Assembly: GCA_027484125.1 (NCBI GenBank)
Contig: JAIXUI010000015.1
Span: forward strand, 30,337-94,336
Origin: Bacteroidota bacterium
GTDB taxonomy: Bacteria; Bacteroidota; Bacteroidia; UBA7662; JAIXUI01
DNA length: 64,000 nucleotides
Reading direction: 5' to 3'
The position numbers and the translations under genes were made by a program. Of this stretch, positions 20,867-31,345 are shown piece by piece. Each line of letters starts with the position of its first letter. Position 1 is the stretch's first letter. Below the pieces are notes generated by a model. That model worked only from the letters and a program-made list of their open reading frames with translations. It was not told the origin of the DNA and made no database searches.

Positions 20867-20896
20867 AAAAAAGCGCTACTCGAGGAGTAGCGCCTT
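20867..20896 (-). terminator. Intrinsic terminator
   Basis: Hairpin GCGCTACTC-gag-GAGTAGCGC with an A6 run (U-tract on minus), after the S9 peptidase. Confidence 0.75.
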
Positions 20897-20911
20897 TAAG
20901 CTTAATCAAGA

Positions 20912-22969
20912 TTACTTTTTCAATGTTTTATCTAACCAATCAAAGAACACGCGATTCCAAAGCACGGAGTTCTGAGGTTTTACCACCCAATGTCCTTCAT
21001 CCGGGAAATAAAGGAAGCGGCTTTTTAAGCCTTTAAGTTGGGCGGCGCTGAAAGCCTGAAGGCCTTCGGTTAAGGGTACGCGGAAGTCTTTGTCGTTGTG
21101 GATGACCAAAATTGGTGTATCCCAGTTTTGGATAAACTTGTGAGGGGAAAACTTGGTGTAGGCATTGGGCTCTTTCATGTTCCAATAAGGGCCTTTCATT
21201 TCGAAATCTGAGAAGAAAATCTCTTCAGTAGCGCCATACATGGCTTCCAGATTGAATACTCCGCAATGGGCAATGAACGATTTGAAACGTTTGTTGTGGT
21301 TGCCCATCAACCAATAAACGGTGTAGCCACCGAAGCTGGCACCTACTGCACCGAGTCGGTCTTTGTCCACATAGGTCTCTTTAGCAATATCGTCGATGGC
21401 GGAGAGCATGTCTTGCATGGCTTGGCCGCCCCAATCGCCGCTGATTTGTTCATTCCATGCTTGACCAAATCCTGGAAGGCCACGGCGGTTGGGTGCAATC
21501 ACAATGTATCCTTTAGCAGCCATCAACTGGAAGTTCCAGCGTAGTGAGAAGCTCTGTCCTACCATGCTTTGTGGTCCTCCTTGGCAGTATAAAAGTGTTG
21601 GGTATTTTTTATTAGGATCGAAGTCGGGTGGATAAATCACCCAGGCCAACATATTTTTACCATCGGTGGTTTTCACTTCACGGCTTTCTACCCGTCCAAT
21701 TTTTACACGGTCGTAAATAGCGTCGTTGATGGTAGAGATAGGTGTGATTTGGCCTGTTTTTGCATCAATTCGGTACACTTCGTTCGGGCGGTCCATGCTT
21801 TGGCGAAGCGCGTAAATCACTTCTCCTTTGCTGTCTTTGGATGCTTGGAGGTTAGAGTAGTTGTTTCTTCCCATCGTAACCTGACGGATAGGAGCTACCC
21901 CTTTTTTCGGGTTGAAAACATAAGAGAACACCTGAACACAGCCTTTGTAATCAACCTTGAAGAACACTTCTTTTCCATTTAAACTCCATTCAGCCCCGTA
22001 AGCATTGTAATCGAACCCTGCGGTGAGTTCGGTTTTTTTCATGGTGGCTAGATCCAGCAGCATTAAGCGGTTGCGATCTGCTTCGTAGCCATCGCGTTCC
22101 ATGGAGCTATACACGAGTTTACTTCCATCTCTGGAAAAGTGTGGATCGGTATCATAGCCTTTGTTTTCTTCCGTCAGATTTTTGGTAGTACCATCACTAA
22201 TCTGATACCAATACAAATCGGAATTGGTAGATGTAGCAGAAGCGGTTCCGTTTAGTTTCTTGCAAACATATACGATGGATTTACCATCAGGTGACCAGGT
22301 GATTTGGTCGATTCCTCCATGAGGTTTTAATGGAGAATCGAACTTTTCACCTTCCATGATGTCTTTACCTGCTTTCACCATATCGCCGTCTTTATATGGA
22401 GTGAAAAACACATGTTGGTAAGTGCCATCATGCCAAGCATTCCAGTGACGATACATCAAAGCATCGTAGATTTTTCCGGTTGCTTGATCGAGACCTGGGA
22501 ACAAATCCTGGGTTGAAGGGTCTAAACGAATGGCTTTATAATAAAGAATGTGCGTTTGAGCAGGGCTATATTCAAAACCATCAATGCCGCCTTCAATATC
22601 AGAGACGCGCTTTTTGTCGTTGCCGTCCGGATTCATTTCCCAAAGCTGCATAGTGCCGCTTTCAGCAGATAAATAGCCTATTTTCTTACCATCAGGGCGC
22701 CAGCGTGCCTGGCTTTCCGAAACGGTTGGGGTGTTGGTTACTTTATTGGTTAGATTGGTTTTGAAATCGAGCACGTACAATTCGTTCTGACCTTTGTTGA
22801 GTTTTAGGTCAGTAAATCGGACGCTATAAACCAGCTTACTCCCATCGGCAGAGAGTCGTGGGTCGGAAACCATTCCCATTTTCCAAAGGGTTTCTTCGGA
22901 TAAGGTGCCGGATTGAGCCAAAGCCAACGAGGGCCCGATACTCAAAAGCAGTAAAAATCTTTTTAGCAT
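20912..22969 (-). CDS. S9 family peptidase (dipeptidyl-peptidase 5-like)
   Basis: Signal peptide, beta-propeller, GGPQ, GASFGG nucleophile, DFRVP and DEGHW. Start at MLKRF (22969). Confidence 0.9.
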   Translation of the reverse strand: MLKRFLLLLSIGPSLALAQSGTLSEETLWKMGMVSDPRLSADGSKLVYSVRFTDLKLNKGQNELYVLDFKTNLTNKVTNTPTVSESQARWRPDGKKIGYLSAESGTMQLWEMNPDGNDKKRVSDIEGGIDGFEYSPAQTHILYYKAIRLDPSTQDLFPGLDQATGKIYDALMYRHWNAWHDGTYQHVFFTPYKDGDMVKAGKDIMEGEKFDSPLKPHGGIDQITWSPDGKSIVYVCKKLNGTASATSTNSDLYWYQISDGTTKNLTEENKGYDTDPHFSRDGSKLVYSSMERDGYEADRNRLMLLDLATMKKTELTAGFDYNAYGAEWSLNGKEVFFKVDYKGCVQVFSYVFNPKKGVAPIRQVTMGRNNYSNLQASKDSKGEVIYALRQSMDRPNEVYRIDAKTGQITPISTINDAIYDRVKIGRVESREVKTTDGKNMLAWVIYPPDFDPNKKYPTLLYCQGGPQSMVGQSFSLRWNFQLMAAKGYIVIAPNRRGLPGFGQAWNEQISGDWGGQAMQDMLSAIDDIAKETYVDKDRLGAVGASFGGYTVYWLMGNHNKRFKSFIAHCGVFNLEAMYGATEEIFFSDFEMKGPYWNMKEPNAYTKFSPHKFIQNWDTPILVIHNDKDFRVPLTEGLQAFSAAQLKGLKSRFLYFPDEGHWVVKPQNSVLWNRVFFDWLDKTLKK

Positions 22970-23055
22970 GTTGGATTGCGTGAGGCTTCGAAAATACGAA
23001 CCATTTTTTTTCAGAGGGTGCAACCTTGAAAGTCGCAAATTCGTCTTTACAACAA

Positions 23056-23628
23056 ATGAACCTCCTGTCCAACTCTGATGATGCCTTAGTCAAGCAATGC
23101 TTGAAAGGTGATCGTATGGCACAGAAGCGGCTTTACGACCGCTTTGCGGGCAGGATGTTCACTATTTGCAGGCGCTATTGTTCCGGATATGACGAGGCGA
23201 CTGAAGTGCTTCAACTTTCTTTCATTAAAATATTCGATAAACTCCCTGCTTGGTCAGGGGGGAGTTTGGAAGCTTGGGTGAAAACCATTGTGGTTCGTAC
23301 AGCTATCGATCAAGTAAGAGCAAGTCAAAAACTTTTACTGGTTGAAGAAACAACCGAAGAGCTAAACTGGTCAGTTCTGAATGAAGCGGTTCAAAAACTC
23401 GCAACCGAAGATTTACTTGAAATAACACGCCATCTATCAGAAGGATACCGAATGGTTTTTAACCTGGTAGATATCGAAGGATATTCTCACAAAGAAGTAG
23501 CCGAGCTCTTAGGCATTTCGGAAGGCACTTCTAAATCTCAGCTCTCCAGAGCCAGAAAGCAACTACAGAAAAAAATCGCTAATCACGCCATCCAATTTCC
23601 CCATGAAGGCCAACACCACACCATCTGA
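23056..23628 (+). CDS. ECF RNA polymerase sigma factor
   Basis: Region 2 (AQKRLY, WVKTIVVRTAID) and region 4 (EGYSHKEVAELLGISEGTSKSQLSRAR). Confidence 0.92.
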   Translation: MNLLSNSDDALVKQCLKGDRMAQKRLYDRFAGRMFTICRRYCSGYDEATEVLQLSFIKIFDKLPAWSGGSLEAWVKTIVVRTAIDQVRASQKLLLVEETTEELNWSVLNEAVQKLATEDLLEITRHLSEGYRMVFNLVDIEGYSHKEVAELLGISEGTSKSQLSRARKQLQKKIANHAIQFPHEGQHHTI

Positions 23629-24268
23629 ACAAGAATTCAGAAACCAACTACAGCGAAAGCTGAACGAGGCTGAATGTGCGCCTCCTCCTTTGGTTTGGGA
23701 GCGTCTGGAAAACCATTTGGATTCGAATCGCAAAAAGCGTCGTGGTCTTTACTGGTGGACCGGAATTGCTGCTAGCCTCTTCATTTTAAGCATTGGCGGA
23801 TGGTACTTTACCCATCAAGGAGAAAAAAATCTTCCTGAAAATGCCTCTTTGGCGCTTAATCCGGTTTGGTTACATCCTAAGCCAGTTGCAAAAAACAAGA
23901 AGGCTGCATCTCCGATAAAACGTCAAAAGCAAGACTCTGAGGCAGTAAAGCCGGAAAAAACGCCTGCTGCTTCCCAAAATCCCGTTTCAAAGCCGTTGCA
24001 GTTTCAACCTAAATTGAATACGCAGACTGCTTCAACACAAGAATTAAAACCAGAAATGGAGCATTCTTTGGTCACGCTTTCGCCGATGTCTTTCCCCAAT
24101 CTGCTTCACTATGAGGAGCCGAACATCGACACCAGTATGGCGGCTATAGCTCAATTACAATCCCTTGAACCTGAATACCAAAACCTTCCTCAGGAAAAAT
24201 CACGCAAGGTTTACGGAATTGGTATAGGGAAATACAAACTCAAAATTTCACTCGCTTCAAAAGAATAA
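23603..24268 (+). CDS. Putative anti-sigma factor (single TM)
   Basis: N-terminal PPPLVWERLENHL, basic stretch, one TM helix with IAAS; overlaps the end of the ECF gene. Confidence 0.65.
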   Translation: MKANTTPSEQEFRNQLQRKLNEAECAPPPLVWERLENHLDSNRKKRRGLYWWTGIAASLFILSIGGWYFTHQGEKNLPENASLALNPVWLHPKPVAKNKKAASPIKRQKQDSEAVKPEKTPAASQNPVSKPLQFQPKLNTQTASTQELKPEMEHSLVTLSPMSFPNLLHYEEPNIDTSMAAIAQLQSLEPEYQNLPQEKSRKVYGIGIGKYKLKISLASKE

Positions 24269-24272
24269 ACAC

Positions 24273-25181
24273 ATGAAAAAGTTGCTCGCGCTCCTCACTT
24301 TTCTCTTCACCGCTTCCTTCGCCTTTAGTCAGGAAGCTGGGAAAGACACTGCCAACACCGAGTATAAAATCAAGACTGGTAAAGGCAAAAACATGAGAGT
24401 CATCATTCAAAAAGAAGGGAAAAATGACACCCTCGACATTGATGGACCTGACTCTAGAAAAATCATGGTCATTTCTGGAAAAGACAAGGAAGATCAAGAT
24501 TCCATTTATTTTGAAATGCCTCGAAAGAGAACCTCCAAATCGAAGAAAAAGGTGGACCGCACTTCCTTCTTTTTTGATTTTGGTTGGAATGCCTTGATGA
24601 ATAAAGGCGAATTTTATGATTCCGGGCCACTGGAGCTCAACTATTTTAAATCTTCCGGAATTAATCTTGGCTTTCAGAGATCCTTTGGACTGATAGGAGA
24701 AAAGTTTCGCATTGCTGCTGGTTTAGGGCTAGAATCCAACAACTTCCGTTTCCGAAACAATACCAACATTTCAAGAACCGGTGATTTAACGAATTTCGAC
24801 ATTGACACTACCAGTGGAAGAGTCTTCGATAAAAACAAGCTCACTCTCACTTACCTCTATGTTCCTTTGATGCTAGAGTTTCGTTCTAATCCATGGAAAC
24901 CTTCTCAATCATTTAATATTTCAGCTGGTGCAGAAGTTGGCTACTTGCTTCAGGCTTATACCAAACAGGTATATGCTGAAGGAACCACCACCCAGTATCA
25001 TAAAGTTTTTGAACAACGCGACTTCAACCTTGCGCCATTCAAAGCAAGTTTAATTGCCAGAGTAGGTTATGGCAATTTCAGCATGTTTGTCCGTTATGGG
25101 CTAACGGAAATGTTTCGAAACACGCCTAACAATCCGCAGGCCCAGTCCTTCATGGCAGGCTTTACGGTTATTGGATTTTAA
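24273..25181 (+). CDS. Outer-membrane beta-barrel (PorT/porin-like) protein
   Basis: Signal peptide, amphipathic strands (YLYVPLMLEF, ARVGYG) and a C-terminal Phe. Confidence 0.78.
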   Translation: MKKLLALLTFLFTASFAFSQEAGKDTANTEYKIKTGKGKNMRVIIQKEGKNDTLDIDGPDSRKIMVISGKDKEDQDSIYFEMPRKRTSKSKKKVDRTSFFFDFGWNALMNKGEFYDSGPLELNYFKSSGINLGFQRSFGLIGEKFRIAAGLGLESNNFRFRNNTNISRTGDLTNFDIDTTSGRVFDKNKLTLTYLYVPLMLEFRSNPWKPSQSFNISAGAEVGYLLQAYTKQVYAEGTTTQYHKVFEQRDFNLAPFKASLIARVGYGNFSMFVRYGLTEMFRNTPNNPQAQSFMAGFTVIGF

Positions 25182-25219
25182 GGCATAAAAGGATGCGCCA
25201 TAGCTTTTAACTTTGGTGC

Positions 25220-27868
25220 ATGGAGGAAAACATACCACAGGACGACTCCGTCCATGCAGCTGTTACGGTTTCGGGGCTGTATGAAAACTGGTTCCTGGAC
25301 TACGCTTCTTACGTTATTTTAGAAAGGGCCGTCCCCGCTGTTGAAGACGGCCTTAAACCGGTTCAACGCCGGATCCTTCATGCAATGAAGGAAATGGACG
25401 ATGGACGTTTTCATAAGGTTGCCAACATCATCGGGCAAACCATGCAGTATCACCCTCATGGTGACGCGGCCATTGGTGATGCGCTGGTGAATCTCGGTCA
25501 GAAAGACTTGTTGATTGATTGTCAAGGTAACTGGGGTGATTATCGTACCGGAGACTCAGCAGCAGCGCCTCGCTACATCGAAGCCCGATTGTCTAAGTTT
25601 GCGCTGGAGGTGCTCTTCAATCCTAAAACTACCAAATGGCAACTCAGCTACGATGGTAGGAAAAAAGAGCCCATTACCTTACCGGTTAAATTTCCACTTC
25701 TTTTAGCACAAGGTGTTGAAGGCATTGCGGTAGGTTTAAGCACCAAAATTCTTCCTCACAATTTCATTGAGCTCATTCAAGCGTCTATCGCTTATTTAAA
25801 GAACAAGCCATTTGAGCTTTATCCTGATTTTTTAACCGGCGGCTATGTAGATGTAAGTCAATATCAAGACGGACAAAAAGGAGGGAAAGTAAGAGTTCGT
25901 GCAAAGATTGAAGAGGTTGATAAAAAAACATTGGTAATCAGAGATATACCCTTTGGAACTACCACCCAAGGGTTAATTGATTCTGTTCTGAAAGCATCTG
26001 ATTCCGGTAAAATCAAAATCAAGAAAATCATCGACAATACGGCGGCCGACGTAGAAATTCAGGTGCAGTTGGCTCCTGGAATTTCTCCGGATGTTACCAT
26101 CGATGCCTTGTACGCATTCACCGATTGCGAAATGAGTATTTCTCCTTCCGCTTGCGTAATTGTCGATAACAAACCCCGCTTTTGCTCAGTCTCTGACATC
26201 CTCAAGATTAACACCAACCAATCGCGAGATTTACTTAAGCAGGAGCTTGAAATTAAACTCAATGAGCTTCAGGAAGATTGGCATATGTCTTCCTTAGAAA
26301 AAATCTTCATTGAAAACAGAATCTATCGCGACATTGAAGAATGTGAAACCTGGGAGTCGGTTATTGAAACCATCGATCAAGGGTTGAACCCCTTCAAACC
26401 CTTGCTTAGAAGGACAGTTACCCGAGAAGACATTCTAAAACTGACCGAGATTAAGATTAAACGAATCTCTAAATACGACGCTTTCAAAGCGGATGAATAC
26501 TTGCGTGGTTTAGAAACTGAAATAGAAGAAACTAAGCATCATCTCGCCCATATCAACGATTTTACCATCCGTTATTACGAAAATTTACTCAAGAAGTACG
26601 GGAAAGGACGCGAGCGCAAAACTGAAATTCGGGTGTTTGATGTAATCAAGGCTAATCAGGTGGCGGTTGCCAACCAAAAGCTTTACATCAATCGTGCAGA
26701 AGGTTTTGCCGGATTTGGTTTGAAAAAAGACGAGTACGTTTGCGATTGTTCCGACCTTGACGACATCATCGTATTCAGAAAGGATGGCAAATTCCTGGTA
26801 ACCAAAATCAGTGAAAAAGCATTCGTAGGGAAAGACATTTTGCATGCTGGTGTATTCAGGAAATCTGACGACCGCATGGCTTACAACATGATGTACGTGG
26901 ACGGAAAATCGGCGTTTACCTATGCCAAGCGTTTTCAAGTTACCGGTATCACCCGCGACAAGGAATACGATTTAACGAAAGGGGAGAAGAACTCCAGAGT
27001 GGTTCACTTTTCAGCCAATCCCAATTCGGAATCTGAAATTGTAACGGTTTACCTTAATCAGCTGGCCAACGCCCGTAAAAAAGTATTCGATTACGATTTT
27101 GCAGAACTTGCCATCAAAGGCAGAAGTTCGCAGGGCAACAAAGTGACTCAATACTCTGTGAAACGAGTCTTGTTGAAGTCAAAAGGGAAATCTACCATAG
27201 GAAAGCGGGAGCTTTTCCTCGATGAATCTGTTGGAAGGTTAAACCATGATAGCAGAGGAAGAAGTTTAGGTTTATTCGATAGTGATGACCGATTGTTGGT
27301 GGTTTATAAAGATGGTCAGTATGAATTGGTCAATACCGATTTAACACAACGCTTCCCGCAAGAGCAAATCAGTACAATAGTTCAGTTTAAATCAGATTTG
27401 GTCATTACCACTGTACATTATATTCCATCGCAGAAGTTTTTCTATCTCAAGCGTTTTAAAATAGAAACGAGCACAGAAGGAAAGAAATTCTCCTTTGTAT
27501 CAGATGAGAAAGGCGCACAGATGCTTTTGGCTACTACAGCAGATGAATCATCTATTCAAGTAGTTTTAGGCAATAAAAAGTCTTCTCAATCCAAAACTTT
27601 TGTCTTACATGAGCTAACCGATGTGAAAGGGTGGAAGGCCCAAGGAACCCGGCTTATGCCTAATGAAGTGCTTAGTTGGGAGTGGTTGTACCAAAATTTC
27701 AATCATCAGCACTCCGATGCTAATGAAAACTTAGTTGAAGATGATGGTGGACATGGCACTATTTCCGATGATGATTTATTAGTTGAGCCTGGCCAGACCA
27801 TCGAGTTAACTTTACCAGAGCGTGGAACTGCTGAAGATCCAGGAGAACAAATGTCTCTTTTCGACTAA
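25220..27868 (+). CDS. parC: DNA topoisomerase IV subunit A (Bacteroidota type)
   Basis: Motifs DGLKPVQRR, YHPHGD and AAAPRYIE (catalytic Tyr). Confidence 0.9.
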   Translation: MEENIPQDDSVHAAVTVSGLYENWFLDYASYVILERAVPAVEDGLKPVQRRILHAMKEMDDGRFHKVANIIGQTMQYHPHGDAAIGDALVNLGQKDLLIDCQGNWGDYRTGDSAAAPRYIEARLSKFALEVLFNPKTTKWQLSYDGRKKEPITLPVKFPLLLAQGVEGIAVGLSTKILPHNFIELIQASIAYLKNKPFELYPDFLTGGYVDVSQYQDGQKGGKVRVRAKIEEVDKKTLVIRDIPFGTTTQGLIDSVLKASDSGKIKIKKIIDNTAADVEIQVQLAPGISPDVTIDALYAFTDCEMSISPSACVIVDNKPRFCSVSDILKINTNQSRDLLKQELEIKLNELQEDWHMSSLEKIFIENRIYRDIEECETWESVIETIDQGLNPFKPLLRRTVTREDILKLTEIKIKRISKYDAFKADEYLRGLETEIEETKHHLAHINDFTIRYYENLLKKYGKGRERKTEIRVFDVIKANQVAVANQKLYINRAEGFAGFGLKKDEYVCDCSDLDDIIVFRKDGKFLVTKISEKAFVGKDILHAGVFRKSDDRMAYNMMYVDGKSAFTYAKRFQVTGITRDKEYDLTKGEKNSRVVHFSANPNSESEIVTVYLNQLANARKKVFDYDFAELAIKGRSSQGNKVTQYSVKRVLLKSKGKSTIGKRELFLDESVGRLNHDSRGRSLGLFDSDDRLLVVYKDGQYELVNTDLTQRFPQEQISTIVQFKSDLVITTVHYIPSQKFFYLKRFKIETSTEGKKFSFVSDEKGAQMLLATTADESSIQVVLGNKKSSQSKTFVLHELTDVKGWKAQGTRLMPNEVLSWEWLYQNFNHQHSDANENLVEDDGGHGTISDDDLLVEPGQTIELTLPERGTAEDPGEQMSLFD

Positions 27869-27891
27869 ACGCTAAAACATCAAGAAAATGA

Positions 27892-27922
27892 AAACGCCGC
27901 ATTATCGAATAGTGCGGCGTTT
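27892..27922. terminator. Probable bidirectional terminator
   Basis: Hairpin AAACGCCGCATTAT-cga-ATAGTGCGGCGTTT between the convergent parC and DCC genes. Confidence 0.65.
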
Positions 27923-28333
27923 GTATTTGGGGGAAACTTCATCAAGAACACAAACTTGGGTTTTGCCAAACCATTGGTATCGGTTGGCTGCAACCCAGTC
28001 GTAAATCTTGTCTCTCCAGGGTAATGGAATGATTTTCAATATCAGGGCAAACTTTCCCCACCAGCTTAACTGAGAAATAATGTGTAAAACAGCGTTTGAT
28101 TTCTCTAAAAGATCGCCATTGTATCTCGCATAAACGGATAAAACAGGTGGCTTAATTTGGTTAGTTTTTACAAGAAAGCTGAAATAATTACTCGAAGGGT
28201 CAGTAAACATCAGCTTTTCTCGCCTATCAAACTTCATCAGAAAGCGCACAAACCTGCTACATAACACGCAGTCGGAGTCGAAAATGACCACAGTTTTGGA
28301 GTCGTGAACAGGAGGTGTATGAGATGAGTTCAT
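27902..28333 (-). CDS. DCC1/DUF393 thiol-disulfide oxidoreductase-like protein
   Basis: DxxCxxC motif (FDSDCVLC) and YDWVAANRYQWFG. Confidence 0.88.
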   Translation of the reverse strand: MNSSHTPPVHDSKTVVIFDSDCVLCSRFVRFLMKFDRREKLMFTDPSSNYFSFLVKTNQIKPPVLSVYARYNGDLLEKSNAVLHIISQLSWWGKFALILKIIPLPWRDKIYDWVAANRYQWFGKTQVCVLDEVSPKYKRRTIR

Positions 28334-28347
28334 ATAGTAGTTAACGC

Positions 28348-28377
28348 AAAAAAAAGGCTGCCGGTTAGGGCAGCCTT
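28348..28377 (-). terminator. Intrinsic terminator
   Basis: Hairpin AAGGCTGCC...GGCAGCCTT with a long A-run, after the DUF349 gene. Confidence 0.75.
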
Positions 28378-28382
28378 AACTT

Positions 28383-30380
28383 TTATTCCGTTGTTCTCAG
28401 CAACTTCATTTTATCATTGAGCATTTTAAGCTCTTCTTGAGCGGCAGATATTTTCTTTTCAATTTCCTTTTTCAGGATATCCGCATTTTTAGATGCTGAA
28501 AGAAACTCCATGTTGTTTTGCCAAAGTAGAATATCGTTTTTGAGACCATTGATTCGGTTCATTAAGGAACCTTGTTCTTTTCTCAACGCGTTAGCTCCGT
28601 CCTTCGATTGCTTGATGTTATGAATCTTAGACTGGTAGTTCAACTTAGTTTTTTCAGCGGCATTTAGTTTTAGTGCATCAAAACGGGAGTCGATAGCTTC
28701 CTTATAGCGTTTGTAAACAGCTTCTTTCTCTTTGATGGGGATAAAACCAATTTCTAACCACTGTCGTTGGAATTCTTTTAGCCTTTCGATATCAGATTTT
28801 GGATCTTCTGAGATCTCAAATGCTTCAATGGATGCGATCAGTTCGAGTTTCTTTTGAAGATTTTCTGCTTGATTTTGATCCTTTCCGGAGAAGAATTCGT
28901 TTTTACGGTTGAAAAACGTATCACAGGCTGCTCTGAAGCGGTTCCAAAGCTTATCAGAATGTTTCTTTGGCACTGCGCCAGAATCTTTCCAAGCTTTTTG
29001 AAGTTGAATGAAAGCTTCAGAGGTTTTCTTCCAGTCTTCGCTGTGCATTAATGCTTCAGCCTGAACACATAAATCATTTTTTACATTGAGGTTATGGTTC
29101 TGATCTTGGCGAATTTGCTTGTAGAAGTTATTCTTGGTATTGAAGAAATCGTCACAAGCTGATTTGAAGACTGCCCAAACTTCTTCATTAAGAGTTTTTG
29201 GAGCAAATCCGATTTTTTTCCATTCTGCTTGAACAGCCAGCACAGACTCAGACAGTTTAGCCCAGTCGTTATGGGTTTTAGCAGTTGAGTAATCAATGGC
29301 TTTTACTTTTTCAACCAGCTCAAGCTTAAGCGCATAGTTCTGTTTTTTAACATCGCTTAGTTGGTTGAAATGGCTTCGGCGTTTATCGTAAATTTTATCA
29401 GAAGCTGCTTTAAAGCGTTCCCAAACTGCGACACGGTGTTCTCTCGGTACAGGTCCGGTAGATTTCCATTGATCATGCATGTGATTGAGCAAATCGATGG
29501 CTTTTCTCACAGACTCTTCCAAAAGAAGCTCTTCTGCTTTTTCACATAGGCTGGTTTTGAACTCCAAATTGCGTTTGAAGTCCATTTCCATTAATTCCTT
29601 GTGAATTTTTACTTGGTCATAGAATTTGTCAACTAACGCTTTGTAAGACTGGTTAATGTCTTTGGCGTTGGCTGCTGGAACGGGACCTGTTTCCTTCCAT
29701 TTAGCTTGCAGATCGCGGAGCTTTTGGAAACTATTTTGATTTTCTTCAGAAGAAACGATGATGCGCAACTCATTGAGCAATTCCTCTTTCAGTTTCTGGT
29801 TTTGGAGATACTCCTTGTCCTTTTCTTCTCGCTCCTTGGTATCGCGGTAAGTAAGGTTATTCAGTGCTTCAAAAAAGCGGTTTTGAATAGCGTTTGGGAC
29901 AAATGTGAACGGCACATCCGCTTCATTTTCTTCGTGGAAGGTTTGCTTTTGAGCCAGTTTATCTTCCTCAATCTTTTGATGGATGGTAGCTTTTAGCTGA
30001 TTGATTTCGGCACGAACTTCAGACAACTTATCATGCAGTGCTAAGCCTTCAAAGCGCTCCACTAATTCATCGAAAGTAAGTGTACTTAAATCTATGGCAG
30101 CATGCTCTTCCTCTTCATGATGTTCAGCCTCTGCTGGTAATTCTTCATGATGTTCTTCTGCCACAACCTCCTTGCTAGCTAGTTCTTCCGTATCAGATAC
30201 CGGATTGACCACTTCCATACTTGAATCAGTCGCCTCCGGGGAGGTTGAAACTATAGAAGCTTCAATATTCTCATTATCAACACCTTCACCATTTACCTCG
30301 CCGGTAATCTCCGAATGAGAGTTTGGGATGTTGTTGTTTTCGTTTTCTTCAGACTGATTATGCCCCAGATTTTCTTGCAT
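28383..30380 (-). CDS. DUF349 repeat protein
   Basis: Repeated WK..GPVP....W.RF..A.D.F units and an acidic N-terminus. Confidence 0.9.
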   Translation of the reverse strand: MQENLGHNQSEENENNNIPNSHSEITGEVNGEGVDNENIEASIVSTSPEATDSSMEVVNPVSDTEELASKEVVAEEHHEELPAEAEHHEEEEHAAIDLSTLTFDELVERFEGLALHDKLSEVRAEINQLKATIHQKIEEDKLAQKQTFHEENEADVPFTFVPNAIQNRFFEALNNLTYRDTKEREEKDKEYLQNQKLKEELLNELRIIVSSEENQNSFQKLRDLQAKWKETGPVPAANAKDINQSYKALVDKFYDQVKIHKELMEMDFKRNLEFKTSLCEKAEELLLEESVRKAIDLLNHMHDQWKSTGPVPREHRVAVWERFKAASDKIYDKRRSHFNQLSDVKKQNYALKLELVEKVKAIDYSTAKTHNDWAKLSESVLAVQAEWKKIGFAPKTLNEEVWAVFKSACDDFFNTKNNFYKQIRQDQNHNLNVKNDLCVQAEALMHSEDWKKTSEAFIQLQKAWKDSGAVPKKHSDKLWNRFRAACDTFFNRKNEFFSGKDQNQAENLQKKLELIASIEAFEISEDPKSDIERLKEFQRQWLEIGFIPIKEKEAVYKRYKEAIDSRFDALKLNAAEKTKLNYQSKIHNIKQSKDGANALRKEQGSLMNRINGLKNDILLWQNNMEFLSASKNADILKKEIEKKISAAQEELKMLNDKMKLLRTTE

Positions 30381-30456
30381 TTGAAACTTGCCTTTTTGAC
30401 CTTTACAGACGCCTCGAAAATACGATTATTCACGCAAAAGGCAAATTTTAACAAAA

Positions 30457-31311
30457 ATGATAACCCTCACCGAATGCCCCCGTGATGCCATGCAAGGGCT
30501 TCACACCTTTATTCCGACACAAGAAAAAATTTCGTACCTCAATCAATTATTGAAAGTCGGCTTTCAAATACTTGATTTCGGGAGTTTTGTGTCTCCAAAA
30601 GCAATACCTCAGATGGCGGATACTTCCGAAGTATTAGAGGAGTTGGAGGATTCTTCTACTCAACTTTTGGCCATAATTGCCAACCAAAAAGGAGCTCTGC
30701 AAGCTTGTGAAGCTTCAAAAATTGATTGGTTAGGCTTTCCTTTTTCGGTTTCCGAGGAGTTCCAGCAACGCAATACCCGGCAATCCAGAGAGGAAGCGGT
30801 GCTTCAAGTCAGCGAAATACAGCGCATGTCGGTAGATGCAGGCAAACAACTCCGCGTGTACTTGTCGATGGGTTTTGGTAATCCTTACGGCGAAGCTTAT
30901 GATATCCCGCTGCTCAGGCACTGGATTGAACGGTTGCTTACACAAGGGGTGAATACTTTTTACTTTTCTGATACCATTGGAGTAGCCAATGAAGCACTTA
31001 TTCAAGAAATCTTTGAAACTCTTGTGCCAGCTTACACCTCTGCAACTTTCGGCATTCACTTGCATAGTAATCCTGCTTCGTCACTGAGTAAAATTGAAGC
31101 AGCCTGGAATTCAGGATGTAAAGCCTTCGATTCTGCCATGCTTGGTTTTGGAGGTTGTCCGATGGCGAAAGATGAGTTAACCGGGAATTTAGCTACTGAA
31201 ACATTGGTTGGATTTCTGCAACGTCAAGGTATAAAAGCTGGTATTGATCAAGGGGCTTTTGAAAATGCCAGATTAATGGCAACAGAACTTTTTAGCCGAT
31301 ACAGTAATTAA
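30457..31311 (+). CDS. Hydroxymethylglutaryl-CoA lyase
   Basis: Motifs ECPRDAMQ, SFVSPKAIPQMAD, DTIG, HLH and GGCPMA. Confidence 0.9.
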   Translation: MITLTECPRDAMQGLHTFIPTQEKISYLNQLLKVGFQILDFGSFVSPKAIPQMADTSEVLEELEDSSTQLLAIIANQKGALQACEASKIDWLGFPFSVSEEFQQRNTRQSREEAVLQVSEIQRMSVDAGKQLRVYLSMGFGNPYGEAYDIPLLRHWIERLLTQGVNTFYFSDTIGVANEALIQEIFETLVPAYTSATFGIHLHSNPASSLSKIEAAWNSGCKAFDSAMLGFGGCPMAKDELTGNLATETLVGFLQRQGIKAGIDQGAFENARLMATELFSRYSN

Positions 31312-31345
31312 AGGCAATTCATAGTTTTGCACGCAATCAAAAATT

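Noticed and set aside
28500-29800. Repetitive protein pattern
   Set aside because: Known DUF349 repeats; no nucleotide-level tandem array or CRISPR-like structure.
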